Below, in pieces: positions 40,670 to 54,057 of a stretch of 64,000 nt of DNA (positions are counted from its first letter, which is position 1; each line of letters begins with the position of its first letter). The stretch is from Octopus vulgaris. Taxonomy: Eukaryota. The stretch lies in assembly GCA_951406725.2 (NCBI GenBank), contig OX597830.1, positions 65,844,001-65,908,000 of the forward strand. The letters run 5' to 3'. The translations under genes were made by a program, and so were the position numbers. The notes beneath the pieces were generated by a model. It was not told the DNA's origin. It searched no databases and saw nothing but the letters and a program-made list of their open reading frames with translations.

Positions 40670-40939
40670 AATAATGAATATCGGGAATTGTTAAGCAACC
40701 AGGACGTTTTCATATTGGACTGCAAGCAAAGAACACTATCTGTATGAACAGTGAGATTTTTATTTACACTCAGCAAATGCTCATAAAGGTGAGTAAGCAA
40801 AAACCTCAAATCATGCTGATTTATAAGGACTGGTTTCCCGGATTTTTGGTGTATAAGGTGAGAATTTACAAAAAAACAAAAGACGATGACAGGTGTGTAG
40901 ATAACAAACAGATGTATTAGTATAACGGAAGTGAAAAAG

Positions 40940-40977
40940 TCTTTAACGTTTCGAGCCTATGCTCTTCCACAGAAAGA
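40940..40977 (-). ncRNA. Minimal hammerhead motif with variant core (CUGUGGA)
   Basis: Minus strand TCTTT-CTGTGGA-A-GAGC(ATAG)GCTC-GAAACGTT-AAAGA. Perfect 5-bp stem I, 4-bp stem II and palindromic AACGTT stem III. Confidence 0.6.
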
Positions 40978-41994
40978 AACAAGGAGAGAAAATAAAGAAT
41001 GTGTAGTGGCTAGCGATCTATCATGGCGAAGGCCAGACAGAAGGGTCATACAGGAGAGCTAGGAAGAAGGGAAGATAATAAAGTGGTGGTGATCCCAAAG
41101 TGAAGGTGCGCGTGTGTGTGTATAAGAGAGTTTGTATGTGCATATGGAAGAGGGCTGGTGATTTTGATGTATGCGTATGTGAATGTGTAGGTGTGAAAAT
41201 GTGGGTCTGGGAAGTGGTCAGTGCTGATGTGTGTGTGGTGGTGTGTTGTGATGTGACGTGTTGTGTGGTATGGTGGTGTAAGAATTTTGCTCAAGAACAC
41301 GATGCATCATCCAGTTCAGGAATTGAAACTACAATCATACAATCATGAGCCCAACACCCTAACCACTAAGCCACTCAATTCCACTTATAAACACAGATAT
41401 GCAAACAGATGCCTCCTCCCCTCTCGAAAGTTTTTTTTTTTTTGTCTTGGCATTTGGAAGGGCATAAAAATCTTGTCAAAACTGACTTTGCATGTGCTTG
41501 TGCCACATAAAAAGCAACTAGACGGCAAGTAATGAAGCAATAAAATTGAATCACAAAAGCTAAAACAGAAGTCTGCAAAGTCGGGGATAAATGGGGAGAG
41601 AAAGGAACAATGGAGGAGAGACTAAAGATCAAGTATACGTAACAATGAGAGGAGCTGGAAATGAGAGATCTACCAACGTCATGCAACTGGAGGATCCAAG
41701 ACATGTGATGCTCTGTATTACAAAGCAAGGCGTCAGTGAAAAATCTGTGTTACTGTAGAAAAGTATGTACAGAATAACAGCTACACCTTTGTCCTCAATT
41801 GTGCTGAAAAAGAAACAAGGAACTGTTACAATTAGCTGTTGTGGAATGAAGGGAATGCATGGGAGAGAGGGAATCTCTTCCAAGTAGATTCTATAAAGGG
41901 ACCAGCTAGTAAAGCTAGCACATTCAAACCAAAGTTGCCATACACACATGTATAAATTTATGATTTTAGTTGTGAATAATATATACACATATAT

Positions 41995-42283
41995 ACAAAT
42001 ATATGGGAAACTACCACCTGTATCATTTCTTGTGAAAGGTAGAAGACTCCAGTTTGCTGGACATTGTCGTAGAGCTGAAAATGAGGTAATTTCTACTCTT
42101 CTCCTCTGGAAGCCATCTGCTCGCAATACCAGAAGGCGCACACTCTCCTACCCTGATGTAATCTCCAGGGATATAGGCATCCAGCAACAGGACCTCCGTA
42201 ATGCTATGATCGACTGTGAAGTCTGGTGTAACATAGTAAATTCCATTGTCTCAACCACGGTCGAACAATGATGATGATGATGG
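41995..42283 (+). mobile_element. 5'-truncated RTE-clade LINE, second family
   Basis: QIYGKLPPVSFLVKGRRLQFAGHCRR...LLLWKP...YPDVISRD...AMID..VW followed directly by a (TGA)n tail. Confidence 0.8.
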
Positions 42284-42362
42284 TGACAGTTAAAAGACAT
42301 TATTATAGATATTAAGGCAGAGAAGCAACTGGAATATCAAAAAGATATTGCTAAATATTTGC

Positions 42363-42903
42363 GAGGGCGGGGTGCTGAAAAGTTCCTGGCTTTGGGTAAA
42401 AAAAATACAGGAGGATCAAGTAATTGATTTCATCCAACATATTCACCTCTCAGATTCACAAACTTATTGCAGCAGTCCTTCAGTTTTTCTAAACCCTTTA
42501 ACCCTTTCGTTACCATATTTATTTTGAGATGCTCTGTGTTTCTTTCAATTACTTTAAATATAACAAAGAATTTAGTAAAATAACTTAGTCATCATTAAGC
42601 TAGTGTTAGAAACATAAATTGGGACTAAAGTTTGGTGGAAGATTTTAATTCAAAACTTATGAAAACAAGACATTTGTACTCAGAGCCAGAACCGGTTTCA
42701 GCCAGGTTGGTATCAAAAGGGTTAAAATAGCTCTATCATCCCCATTCCTTTATTCTATTGGTCAATGTTTTTAGTGCCTTCGTATTCCTCCCTCTTCCAT
42801 ATTCCTCTCCTCACATTCTGTTTCTACTCTATTCTACCTTCCCACTACAGCGAAGCCCTTCACAATACCCTTAACGAAAGGAACTTTTCAGCAACGTCTC
42901 ATA
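42363..42903 (-). mobile_element. Mariner relic with a nested piggyBac-like MITE (42502-42721)
   Basis: TIR-like CGAGGGCGGGGTGCTGAAAAGTTCC and GGAACTTTTCAGCAACGTCTCA. The minus strand encodes a mariner-like C-terminus CNKFVNLRGEYVG*. The inner MITE is bounded by TTAA. Confidence 0.7.
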
Positions 42904-43099
42904 CAACTAGACAATAACAGCATGCCAAGAATTTATATTTGATTGACCAAGAATTTTCCCAAGTCTCATTTCTATCACCATACGAGTATTCATTAAAGTA
43001 CCAGAAAAATAATTATAACAAGTCTTTCCAAGTATATTTAGTTCTTGCAAGAAACATGTCTGAGAGAATTTAAAATCAAGTATGTAATACTTGAACATA

Positions 43100-43468
43100 G
43101 GTGTAGGAGTGGCTGTGTGGTAAGTAGCTTGCTTACCAATCACATGGTTTCGGGTTCAGTCCCACTGTGTGGCACCTTGGGCAAGTGTCTTCTACTATAG
43201 CCTCGGGCCAACCAAAGCCTTGTGAGTGGATTTGGTAGAAGCCCATCATACATATATGTTTGTGTCTATGTTTGTCCCCCACACCATCGCTTGACAACCG
43301 ATGCTGGTGTGTTTACATCCCCGTAACTTAGCGGTTCAGCAAAAGAGACCAATAGAATAAGTACTAGGCTTACAAAGAATAAGTCCTGGGGTCGATTTGC
43401 TTGACTAAAGGCAGTACTCCAGAATGACCACAGTCACATGACTGAAACAAGTAAAAGAGTAAAAGAAA
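43100..43468 (+). mobile_element. Family A SINE
   Basis: Near-full match with a short internal deletion. Confidence 0.9.
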
Positions 43469-43778
43469 TACTTCTACGTGTGTATGGCAGCTTTAGTGAA
43501 AAAGCATTCAATTTATTTTAAGACACCTGTGCTTTAAGTGGAAGGTGTGGCATACTGGGGTGTAATAGATGTTTCTCATAAGACTTTCTATTGCCTCAAA
43601 CTGATGATTTCAGAAATATTTCAAGTATTTGAAAATTACATAGATAAGAGAAGATTCCATAAGAATTATTACCCATAACCAAAACCAAAGATGTCAAAAA
43701 AGTGCAGCATAAAATAACAAAATAGATAAATGTTCAGTTTCAATGAGGAGTAGGAAGCAATAAGAGTAACAACAACAA

Positions 43779-43814
<36 letters not shown>

Positions 43815-43902
43815 GTGTTCATGTGTATGTGCATGTGTATGTGCATGCATGTGCTTGTGTGTGAGTGTGTGTGCATAGGTGTGTGCATGGGTGTGTGCAT
43901 AT

Positions 43903-43933
<31 letters not shown>

Positions 43934-44330
43934 CATGTGTGAGTATATATGTGTTTATGTGTGTATGTGTGTGTTTATGTGTGTGTGTATGTGTGTGCAT
44001 GTGTTTGTTTATGTGTGTGTGTGTGTGCATGTGCATGTATATGTGTGTTTGTGTGTGTGTGCATGTGTGTGTATATGTGTGTGTGTGCGCATGTGTATGC
44101 ATGTGTGTGCATGTGTGTGTGTGTTTGTGCATGTGTGTATATGTGTGTTTATATGTGTGTGTATATGTGTGTTTATGCGCGTGTGTGTGCATGTGTGTGT
44201 ATATGTGTGTTTATGTGTGTGTGTGCACAATGCTTTGTGTGCACAGGCTGTGTCTGCATGTGTGTGTGTGTGTGTGTGCATGTGTGTGCAGGTGTGTGTC
44301 TGCATGCACGTGCAAGTGTGTGTATGTGTT
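43779..44330. repeat. Degenerate (TG)n/(TGCA)-type microsatellite
   Basis: Directly visible. Confidence 0.95.
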
Positions 44331-44551
44331 CTATATAAAGCTTGATCATTGATTATGTAAATCAGATCTCAAGAACCATTCAATATGCAATTGATGCAGA
44401 GTTGACATTTCATTTCTTAACTCGGGGCAGATGCCTTACAGCTGTAGACTCTTGTATTTCTTCAAAACCCTTTTGAATGTGTATCGTCAAACAGTTGTAG
44501 AGTTTGTAAGGGATCACCTGGTTAATAACAGAAATGTGTGTGTGTATGTTC

Positions 44552-44584
<33 letters not shown>

Positions 44585-44639
44585 TGTGCGTGCACGCATG
44601 TTATGAATAGTTCTCCAGGACATAGCTGAGAAATTTAAG

Positions 44640-45790
44640 ACTTGCTGTCCGTGAGAACTTGCGTATGCTAATGACCTAGTTCCCATAATTGAATCTGTTG
44701 AAGAATTTGAGAAAAAATTCCAAGCTTGAAAGTGAAGGAATCCTAGAACTGGGAGGTCTTAAAGTAAATGCACCAAAGAGAAAAGTTTTTACTTGGAAGT
44801 AAAGAAGAGAAGACTCATAGCCAACTGGGAACTGGCCTTGCTTAGTATGCAAAACTGAAGAATGTAGGAAATTCGTACAATATAGTCAATGTACACTATG
44901 GGTGCAGAAAAGATGCAATGCAATTACAAGCAGGCTGTCAGAGATAGACTTAGCAACAATTGTATCTATAGAATATATTCTTTAAAATTTTCAGAAATCT
45001 CTTAGAGGTATTGATTGCTTTCAGTACATAAGTGACCTAATTATCACTGGTCTACCAAATGCTTAACCCATGAACATATTTACAAAGTCAGAAAATAGCA
45101 CAGCTACCATGACTTTCGGAAACAGTTTTTTCACGCTGAGAGTTGCTGAAGTATGGAACAAATTGCCAGCATCAGTTGTTAGTTGTCGGAGCACTGCATC
45201 CTTCAAAACTTCCATGCTTTCTGAGATTCGCCAACACTACACCTGATTTTCTCCCCTCCATACACATGCAAGCATGTATCTGACTCATACACTGTTCACT
45301 TTCCAGACATTTGTACGTTACTGCATATGCTTTATACGCACTTTTTGACAAGTTGTGGTGCACCTGAGCACTGTATACAATAATTTCATTACTATTATTA
45401 TTATTGTAGAATAAGAACAAGTCAAGTTTAGGAAGTTATTACCTCCCTTGGAAACAAGAGGATTCACTCTGAATGATGAGCTTGAGTATGAAGTGTAATG
45501 TTGAATGTGAAGGATGTGTGAAGGAAGGCAGGAAGTAATACTCAGGCATACTCTGCTGGATGTTTAATGTTAGTATGAATGATTGGCAAGGCACAAAATG
45601 AGCAGAAACAAGAGGAATAGGATTTAGTATAGGAAAGGGGACACCAAGATAGTGTGGACATGTGATGTACATGAAGACTCATATTTGGGTTAAAAAAAGG
45701 GCCAAGTAATCAAAATGGACCCTATGGAAGAGGAAGACCCAAAGACATATATGAAGAAGTGGTGAAGGCTGACCTAAGGAGTTTGAGCCA
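44640..45790 (+). pseudogene. Heavily decayed RTE reverse transcriptase, interrupted by a CR1 fragment
   Basis: ELAYANDLV (YADD box, at 44664), WPCLVCK, CTLWVQKRC, FQYISDLI and KFRKLLPPLETRGF remnants. Confidence 0.7.
45070..45406 (+). mobile_element. Short CR1 3' fragment, same family as 25042-25835
   Basis: Matches 25590-25766 and the GTGCACCTGAGCACTGTA-(ATT)n end. Its 3' UTR is about 90 bp longer. Confidence 0.85.
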
Positions 45791-45877
45791 GGAGATTCTT
45801 ACGCTTCTTCATTCTACCTTTATTTTCTTACGTTGTGAGATGCTTACTGCACCTGGGTTTCCCATAACAAACAAACA

Positions 45878-46035
45878 GGTGTGGCTGTGTGGTAAGAAGC
45901 TTGCTTCCCAAACACATGGTTCCAGGTTCAGTCCTACTACATGGTACCTTGGGCACATGACTTCTGCTACAGATTCAGGCCAACCAAAGCCTTGTGAGTG
46001 AATTTGGTAGATGGAAACTGAAAGAAATCCATTGA

Positions 46036-46084
<49 letters not shown>

Positions 46085-47512
46085 CGCACATGTGTGTGTG
46101 TCTGTCTGTCTGTGTCTGTGTCTCTGTGTCTCTGTGCATGTGCATGTGTGTGTGTGTGTGCATGTGTATGTGTGCATGTGTCTTTGTATCTATGTTTGTT
46201 CACTATCTATGTTGGTGTGTTTACATACCAATGACTTAGTGTCTGGCAAAAGAGACTGATAGAATAAGTATTGGGGTTGATTCACTTGACTAAGAAAATA
46301 TCTTTAAGGTCGTACTCCAGCATGGCTGCAGTCTAATAGCTGAAAGAAGTAAAAGATAAAAGATATAAAATAAACATGGCTTTATAGGCGCAGGAGTGGC
46401 TTTATAGGCGCAGGAGTGGCTGTGTGGTAAGTAGCTTGCTTACCAACCACATGGTTCCGGGTTCAGTCCCACTGCATGGCACCTTGGGCAAGTGTCTTCT
46501 ACTATAGCCTCGGGCCGACCAAAGCCTTGTGAGTTGATTTGGAAGACGGAAACTGAAAGAAGCCCGTCGTATATATATATATATATATGTGTTTGTTTGT
46601 GTCTGTGTTTGTACCCCCACCATCTCTTGACAACTGATGCTGGTCTGTTTACGTCTCCGTAACTTAGCGGTTCAGCAAAAGAGATTGTTTGAATAAGTAC
46701 TAGGCTCACAAAGAATTAGTCCTGGGTTCAATTTGTTCGACTAAAGGCGGTGCTCCAGCATGGTCATAGTCAAATGACGGAAACAAGTAAAAGAATAAAA
46801 GAAAAAAATACTGCAAAAATACAAGAATAAACCGACAGGATACATTTCTTGTATTTTTTTTCCTTTCTTTTTTAACTCTGATTTTCGAATAGTTTAACCT
46901 TTTCATACCAACCAATATGAGACCACATGGGGTACTATGACACACGCTTCCTGTTTCAAAATGATTAAAGTTTAACCCACCCAGCCAAATTCCGTGACCG
47001 TTTATGTTCCAAACATTAGCTTGATAATGACTCTTATTTAATGAAATCTTTCGTTATTGGACAAAGTTAATTAAAACAAAGTCAGTGTAACTCAACAGAA
47101 ATAAAGTAACAAAATGGTTACTCTTTTTACTCTTTTACTTGTTTCAGTCATTTGACTGTGGCCATGCTGGAGCACCGCTTTTAGTCAAGCAAAACGACCC
47201 CCAAGACTTTTTCTTTGTAAGCCTAGTACTTATTCTATCAGTCTCTAAGTTACAGAGACGTAAATACACCATCATCGGTTGTCAAGCGATGGTGGGGGGT
47301 GGCAAACACAGACACACAAACATATACACACACACACATGTATACATATACATATATATACGATGGGCTTCCTTCAGTTTCCTTCTACCAAATCCACTCA
47401 CAAGGCTTTGGTCAGCTTGAGGCTATAGCAGAAGACACTTGCCCAATGTGCTACGCAGTGGGAATGAACCCGGAACCATGTGGTTGGTAAGCAAGCTATT
47501 TACCACATAGCT
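45878..47512. mobile_element. Cluster of three family A SINEs (45878-46345 +, 46387-46805 +, 47120-47512 -)
   Basis: Head, core and tail matches. The copy at 46387 has a tandem 20-bp duplication of its 5' junction. Confidence 0.88.
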
Positions 47513-48732
47513 GCTTAATTTATTTTTCTGCAGGTTGTGTCATGTAATTAAAGTGGCATTAATGGTTTTATTTTATTTATTTATTTAATTTTTTTAATAT
47601 TTTCTTTTATATTTTTATACCAACAAGATTTTGAAATATAAATGGCTACAACAACTACCACTGCAACAACATAACAAGAGACTAAATTTTCTGTTTTAAA
47701 GAAAAGCAAGGCAAAACATTAGCAAAATAAATGCAAAATGAAACCACATTCACGTTGCAGTGTCAGAAACATTGATGGGGGTCTCTGTCAGTATACATGA
47801 CATTGTGGAGGGGTACCACCTGTCCCACCCATCCACCCACCACCAACCAACCAACCAACCAACCAACCAGCCAACCATGCAACCAACAAACCAAAATCTG
47901 GTTACATCTTTGGATGGGGGGGGGGGACCCGGACATGTTCAGACAGATGCATTATTACATTTTCAAGAATATAGGTTGGAATCCAAATAAAAATTTTTTT
48001 TTAAAAATTTACTGGAAGGGGATAAAGGAAGAGATTGACAGTGGTGCTGGTAGTGGTGGCGGTGAAGCTGGTGGCAGGGTTAAGAAATACCATCTTCTTC
48101 TCACAATCAGATTTATCCACAGGTTTTATTGTATGTAGCAAGTTCACCTGACATGTTTCTCATATAATTGGTCCTTCACATCTGCCAGCGCAGCTGTTGC
48201 TCAAAGTGATTGCATGCATTCCAACAGCTTGTTGAAGTAACTGACCTAGCAGAATTTCTGTTACTTTTTCTGTTTTGTATTATTCAGAAGCCTATTGCAG
48301 CAACGATCTATCTTGCCCCATTACCTCCCGGTTTGTTGTTTCAATTCAGCCTGTCTTCTTTACGTTCCTTACACATACGTATTGTCATTTGGATTGATGG
48401 ATCTAATGTAGTCAACAGCAAGTTATGTTAGCCGTGTTTTATAGCAAAGGTTTTTGAAACAATTTGTTTCTGCTTGCAGAGCCTCAGAGAATAATTTTGC
48501 AACGTGGAACAAAACATCTCTCAGGTCCCTAAAGTGCAAAACCTCATATATATAAATACACACACACACATGTTTATACTAACCAAATACTTGCCTTGCA
48601 GATGGAGAAATTTAAATATGAAACAGAGATTCTCATTTCATGCCTGAACTGAAAATACGAATGACTTAAATCATATTAACAGTACACGAAACTAAAGTAA
48701 TGAGACATTTAATGAAAGTGAATGGGTGGACA

Positions 48733-48800
48733 GAGAGAGAGAGAAAAAGAGAAAGAAAGAAAGAAGAAAGAAGAAAGAAAGAAAGAAAGGAAGAAAGGAA

Positions 48801-48833
<33 letters not shown>

Positions 48834-48836
48834 GAA

Positions 48837-48869
<33 letters not shown>

Positions 48870-48980
48870 GAAGGAAGGAAGAAAGGAAGAAAGAAAGAAA
48901 GACAGAAAGAAAGGAAGAAAGAAAGAAAGAAAGAAAGGAAGGAAGAAAGGAAGAAAGAAAGGAAGGAAGGAAGGAAGAAA

Positions 48981-49021
<41 letters not shown>

Positions 49022-49348
49022 GAAGAAAGAAAGAAAGAAAGAAAGAAAGGGAAGGAAGGAAGAAAGAAGGAAAGAAAGAAAGGAAGAAGGAAGGAAGAAA
49101 GAAGAAAGGAAGGAAGAAAGTAAGAAAGAAAGAAAGAAAGAAAGGAAGGAAGGAAGGAAGAAAGAAAGAAAGAAAGAAAGAAAGGAAGGAAAGGAAGAAA
49201 GGAAGGAAGGAACAAAGAAAGATTAGAAGGAAGAAAGGAAGGAAGGAGGGAAGAAAGAAAGAAAGAAAGAAAGAAAGGAAGGAAGGAAGGAAGGAAGGAA
49301 GGAAGGAAGGAAGGAAGGAGGAAAGAAAGAAAGGAAGAAAGGAAGGAA

Positions 49349-49418
<70 letters not shown>

Positions 49419-50024
49419 AGGAAGGAATGAATGAATGAATGAATGAATGAATGAATGAATGAATGAATGAAAGGAAGGAAGAAAGGTAGAAGGAAGGAAG
49501 AAAGGAAGAAGAAAAGAAAGAAAGAAAGGAAGGAAGAAAGAAAAAAGAAAGGAAGAAAGGAAGGAATGAAGAAAGAAAGAAAGAAAGAAAGAAAGGAAGG
49601 AAGGAAGAAAGGAAGAAAGAAAGGAAGGAAGAAAGGAAGATAGAAAGAGAGAAAGGAAGGAAGAAAGGAAGGAAGGAAGAAAGAAAGAAAGAAAGGAATG
49701 AAGAAAGGAAGGAAGAAAAGAAGAAAGAAAGAAAGAAAGGAAGAAAGAAAGAAAGAAAGGAAGGAAGAAAGAAAGAGAAAGGAAGGAAGAAAGAAAGGAA
49801 GAAAGGAAGAAAGAATGGAAGGAAGAAAGTAAGAAAGAAAGAAAGAAACAAAGAAAGGAAGGAAGAAAGAAAGAAAGAAAGAGAGAAAGAAAGAAAGAAA
49901 GAAAGAAAGGAAGAAAGGAAGGAAGGAAGGAAGGAAGGAAGGAAGGAAGGAAGGAAGGAAGGAAGGACGAAAGAAAGAAAAAGAGAAAGGAAGAAAGGAA
50001 GGAATGAAGAAAGAAATAAAGAAA

Positions 50025-50074
<50 letters not shown>

Positions 50075-50226
50075 AGGAATGAATGAATGAATGAATGAAT
50101 GAATGAATGAATGAAAGAAAGAAAGAAAGGAAGGAAGAAAGAAAGAGAAAGGAAGGAAGAAAGAAAGGAAGAAAGGAAGAAAGAATGGAAGGAAGAAAGT
50201 AAGAAAGAAAGAAAGAAAGAAAGGAA

Positions 50227-50271
<45 letters not shown>

Positions 50272-50381
50272 GAAGGAAGGAAGGAAGGAAGGAAGGAAGG
50301 AAGGAAGGAAGGAAGGAAGGAAGGAAGAAAGAAAGAAAAGAGAAAGGAAGAAAGGAAGGAAGGAAGAAAGAAATAAAGAAA

Positions 50382-50427
<46 letters not shown>

Positions 50428-50739
50428 AGGAATGAATGAATGAATGAATGAATGAATGAATGAATGAATGAATGAAAAAGGAAGGAAGAAAGGTAAAGGA
50501 AGGAAGAAAGGAAGAAGAAAGAAAGAAAGAAAGGAAGGAAGAAAGAAAGAAAGGAAGAAAGGAAGGAATGAAGAAAGAAAGAAAGAAAGAAAGAAAGGAA
50601 GGAAGGAAGAAAGGAAGAAAGAAAGGAAGGAAGGAGGGAAGAAAGAAAGAAAGAAAGAAAGAAAGGAAGGAAGGAAGGAAGGAAGGAAGGAAGGAAAGAA
50701 AAAGAAAGAAAGAAAGAAAGAAAGAAAGGAAGGAAGGAA

Positions 50740-50777
<38 letters not shown>

Positions 50778-51464
50778 AGGAATGAATGAATGAATGAATG
50801 AATGAATGAATGAATGAATGAATGAAAGGAAGGAAGAAAGGTAGAAGGAAGGAAGAAAGGAAGAAGAAAAGAAAGAAAGAAAGGAAGGAAGAAAGAAAAA
50901 GAGAAAGGAAGAAAGGAAGGAAGAAAGGAAGAAAGAAAGAAAGAAAGGAAGGAAGGAAGAAAGAAAGGAAGGAAGAAAGGAAGATAGAAAGAGAGAAAGG
51001 AAGGAAGAAAGGAAGGAAGGAAGAAAGAAAGAAAGGAATGAAGAAAGGAAGGAAGAAAAGAAGAAAGAAAGAAAGAAAGGAAGAAAGGAAGGAAGAAAGA
51101 AAGAGAAAGGAAGGAAGAAAGAAAGGAAGAAAGGAAGAAAGAATGGAAGGAAGAAAGTAAGAAAGAAAGAAAGAAACAAAGAAAGGAAGGAAGAAAGAGA
51201 GAAAGAAAGAAAGAAAGAAAGAAAGGAAGAAAGGAAGGAAGGAAGGAAGAAAGGAAGAAAGAAAGAAAGAAAGAAAGGAAGGAAGAAAGAAAAAGAGAAA
51301 GAAAGGAAGGAAGGAAGAAAGAAATAAAGAAAGAAAGAAAGGAAGGAAGGAAGAAAGGAAGAAAGAAAGGAAGGAAGAAAGGAAGAGAGAAAGGAAGGAA
51401 GAAAGGAAGGAAGGAAGAAAGAAAGAAAGGAAGGAAGAAAGGAAGGAAGAAAAGAAGAAAGAAA

Positions 51465-51510
<46 letters not shown>

Positions 51511-51530
51511 AACAAACAAACAAACAAACA

Positions 51531-51570
<40 letters not shown>

Positions 51571-52299
51571 ATGAATGAATGAATGAATGAATGAATGAAT
51601 GAATGAATGAATGAATGAATGAAAGGAAGGAAGAAAGAAAGGAAGGAAGAAAGAAGAAAGGAAGAAGAAAAGAAAGAAAGAAAGGAAGGACGAAAGAAAG
51701 AAAAAGAGAAAGGAAGAAAGGAAGGAATGAAGAAAGAAATAAAGAAAGAAAGAAAGGAAGGAAGGAAGAAAGGAAGAAAGAAAGGAAGGAAGAAAGGAAG
51801 ATAGAAAGAAGAAAGGAAGGAAGAAAGGAAGGAAGGAAGAAAGAAAGAAAGGAATGAAGAAAGGAAGGAAGGAAGAAAGAAAGAAAGAAAGAAAGAGAGA
51901 AAGAAAGAAAGAGAGAGGAAGGAAGAAAGAAAGGAAGAAAGGAAGAAAGAATGGAAGGAAGAAAGTAAGAAAGAAAGAAAGAAACAAAGAAAGGAAGGAA
52001 GAAAGAAAGAAAGAAAGAAAGAGAGAAAGAAAGAAAGAAAGAAAGAAAGGAAGAAAGGAAGGAAGGAAGAAAAAAAGAAAGAAAGAAAGGAAGGAAGAAA
52101 GAAAAGAGAAAGAAAGAAAGGAAGGAAGGAAGAAAGAAAGAAAGAAAGAAAGGAAGGAAGGAAGAAAGGAAGAAAGAAAGGAAGGAAGAAAGGAAGAGAG
52201 AAAGGAAGGAAGAAAGGAAGGAAGGAAGAAAGAAAGAAAGGAATGAAGAAAGGAAGGAAGAAAGAAAGAAAGGAAGAAAGAAAGAAAGAAAGGAAGAAA

Positions 52300-52333
<34 letters not shown>

Positions 52334-53077
52334 ATGAATGAATGAATGAATGAATGAATGAATGAATGAATGAATGAAAGGAAGAAAGGAAAGGAAGGAA
52401 GAAAGGAAGAAGAAAGAAAGAAAGAAAGGAAGGAAGAAAGAAAAAGAGAAAGGAAGAAAGGAAGGAAGAAAGAAAGAAAGAAAGAAAGAAAGGAAGGAAG
52501 GAAGAAAGGAAGAAAGAAAGAAAGGAAGAAAGGAAGATAGAAAGAGAGAAAGGAAGGAAGAAAGGAAGGAAGGAAGAAAGAAAGAAAGGAATGAAGAAAG
52601 GAAGGAAGAAAGAAAGAAAGGAAGAAAGGAAGGAAGAAAGAAAGAGAAAGGAAGGAAGAAAGAAAGGAAGAAAGGAAGAAAGAATGGAAGGAAGAAAGTA
52701 AGAAAGAAAGAAAGAAAGAAAGAAAGGAAGGAAGAAAGAAAGAAAGAAAGAAAGAGAGAAAGAAAGAAAGAAAGGAAGAAAGGAAGGAAGGAAGGAAGAA
52801 AGGAAGAAAAAAAGAAAGAAAGAAAGGAAGGAAGAAAGAAAAAGAGAAAGAAAGAAAGGAAGGAAGGAAGAAAGAAAGAAAGAAAGAAAGAAAGGAAGGA
52901 AGGAAGAAAGGAAGAAAGAAAGGAAGGAAGAAAGGAAGAGAGAAAGGAAGGAAGAAAGGAAGGAAGGAAGAAAGAAAGAAAGGAATGAAGAAAGGAAGGA
53001 AGAAAGAAAGAAAGAAAGGAAGAAAGAAAGAAAGAAAGGAAGGAAGGAAGAAAGGAAGAAAGGAAGAAAGAAAGGAA

Positions 53078-53118
<41 letters not shown>

Positions 53119-53894
53119 GAAGGAAGAAAGAAAGAAAGAAAGAAAGTAAGAAAGGAAGGAAGGAAGGAAGGAAGAAAGGAAGAAAAAAAGAAAGAAAGAA
53201 AGAAAGAAAGGAAGGAAGAAAGAAAGAAAGAAAGAAGGAAGAAAGGGAAGGAAGGAAGGAAGAAAGGAAGAAAAAAAGAAAGAAAGAAAGAAAGGAAGAA
53301 AGAAAGAAAGAAAGGAAGGAAGAAAGAAAGAAAGAATGAGAGAAAGAAAGGATGGAAGGAAGAAAGAAAGAAAGAAAGAAAGGAAGGAAGGAAGAAAGAA
53401 AGAAAGAAAGAAATAAAGGAAGGAAGGAAGAAAGAAAGAAAGAAAGAAAGAAAGGAAGGAAGGAAGAAAGGAAGAAAGAAAGAAAGGAATGAAGAGGGGA
53501 AGGAAGAAAGGAAGAAAGAAAGAAAGAAAGAAAGAAAGGAAGAAAGAAAGAAAGGAAGGAAGAAAGAAAGGAAGAAAGGAAGAAAGAAAGGAAGGAAGAA
53601 AGTAAGAAAGAACGAAAAAAAAAAAGACAGAAAGAAAGGAAGGAAGAAAGGAAGGAAGAAAGAAAGAAAGAAAGGAAGAAAGGAAGGAAGGAAGAAAGAA
53701 AGGAAGAAAAAAGAAAGAAAGGAAGAAAGAAAGAAAGAAAGAAAGAAAGGAAGAAAGGAAGGAAGAAAGAAAGAAAGAAAGGAAGGAAGAAAGGAAGAAA
53801 GAAAAAAAGAAAGAAAGAAAGAAAGAAAGAATGAATGAAAGAAAGGAAGGAAGGATGAAAGAAAGAAAGAAAGAAAGGGAGGAAGAATGGAGGA

Positions 53895-53941
<47 letters not shown>

Positions 53942-54024
53942 GAAGGAAGGAAGAAACGAAGAAAGAAAGAAAGGAAGAAAGGAAGGAAGAAAGAAAGAAA
54001 GAATGTAAGAAAGAATGAAGGAAA

Positions 54025-54057
<33 letters not shown>

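Noticed and set aside
47521-47815. Possible + strand acceptors (TTTTTCTGCAG at 47533, GTTGCAG at 47760)
   Set aside because: No convincing donor or recognisable peptide; such motifs are common in AT-rich DNA.
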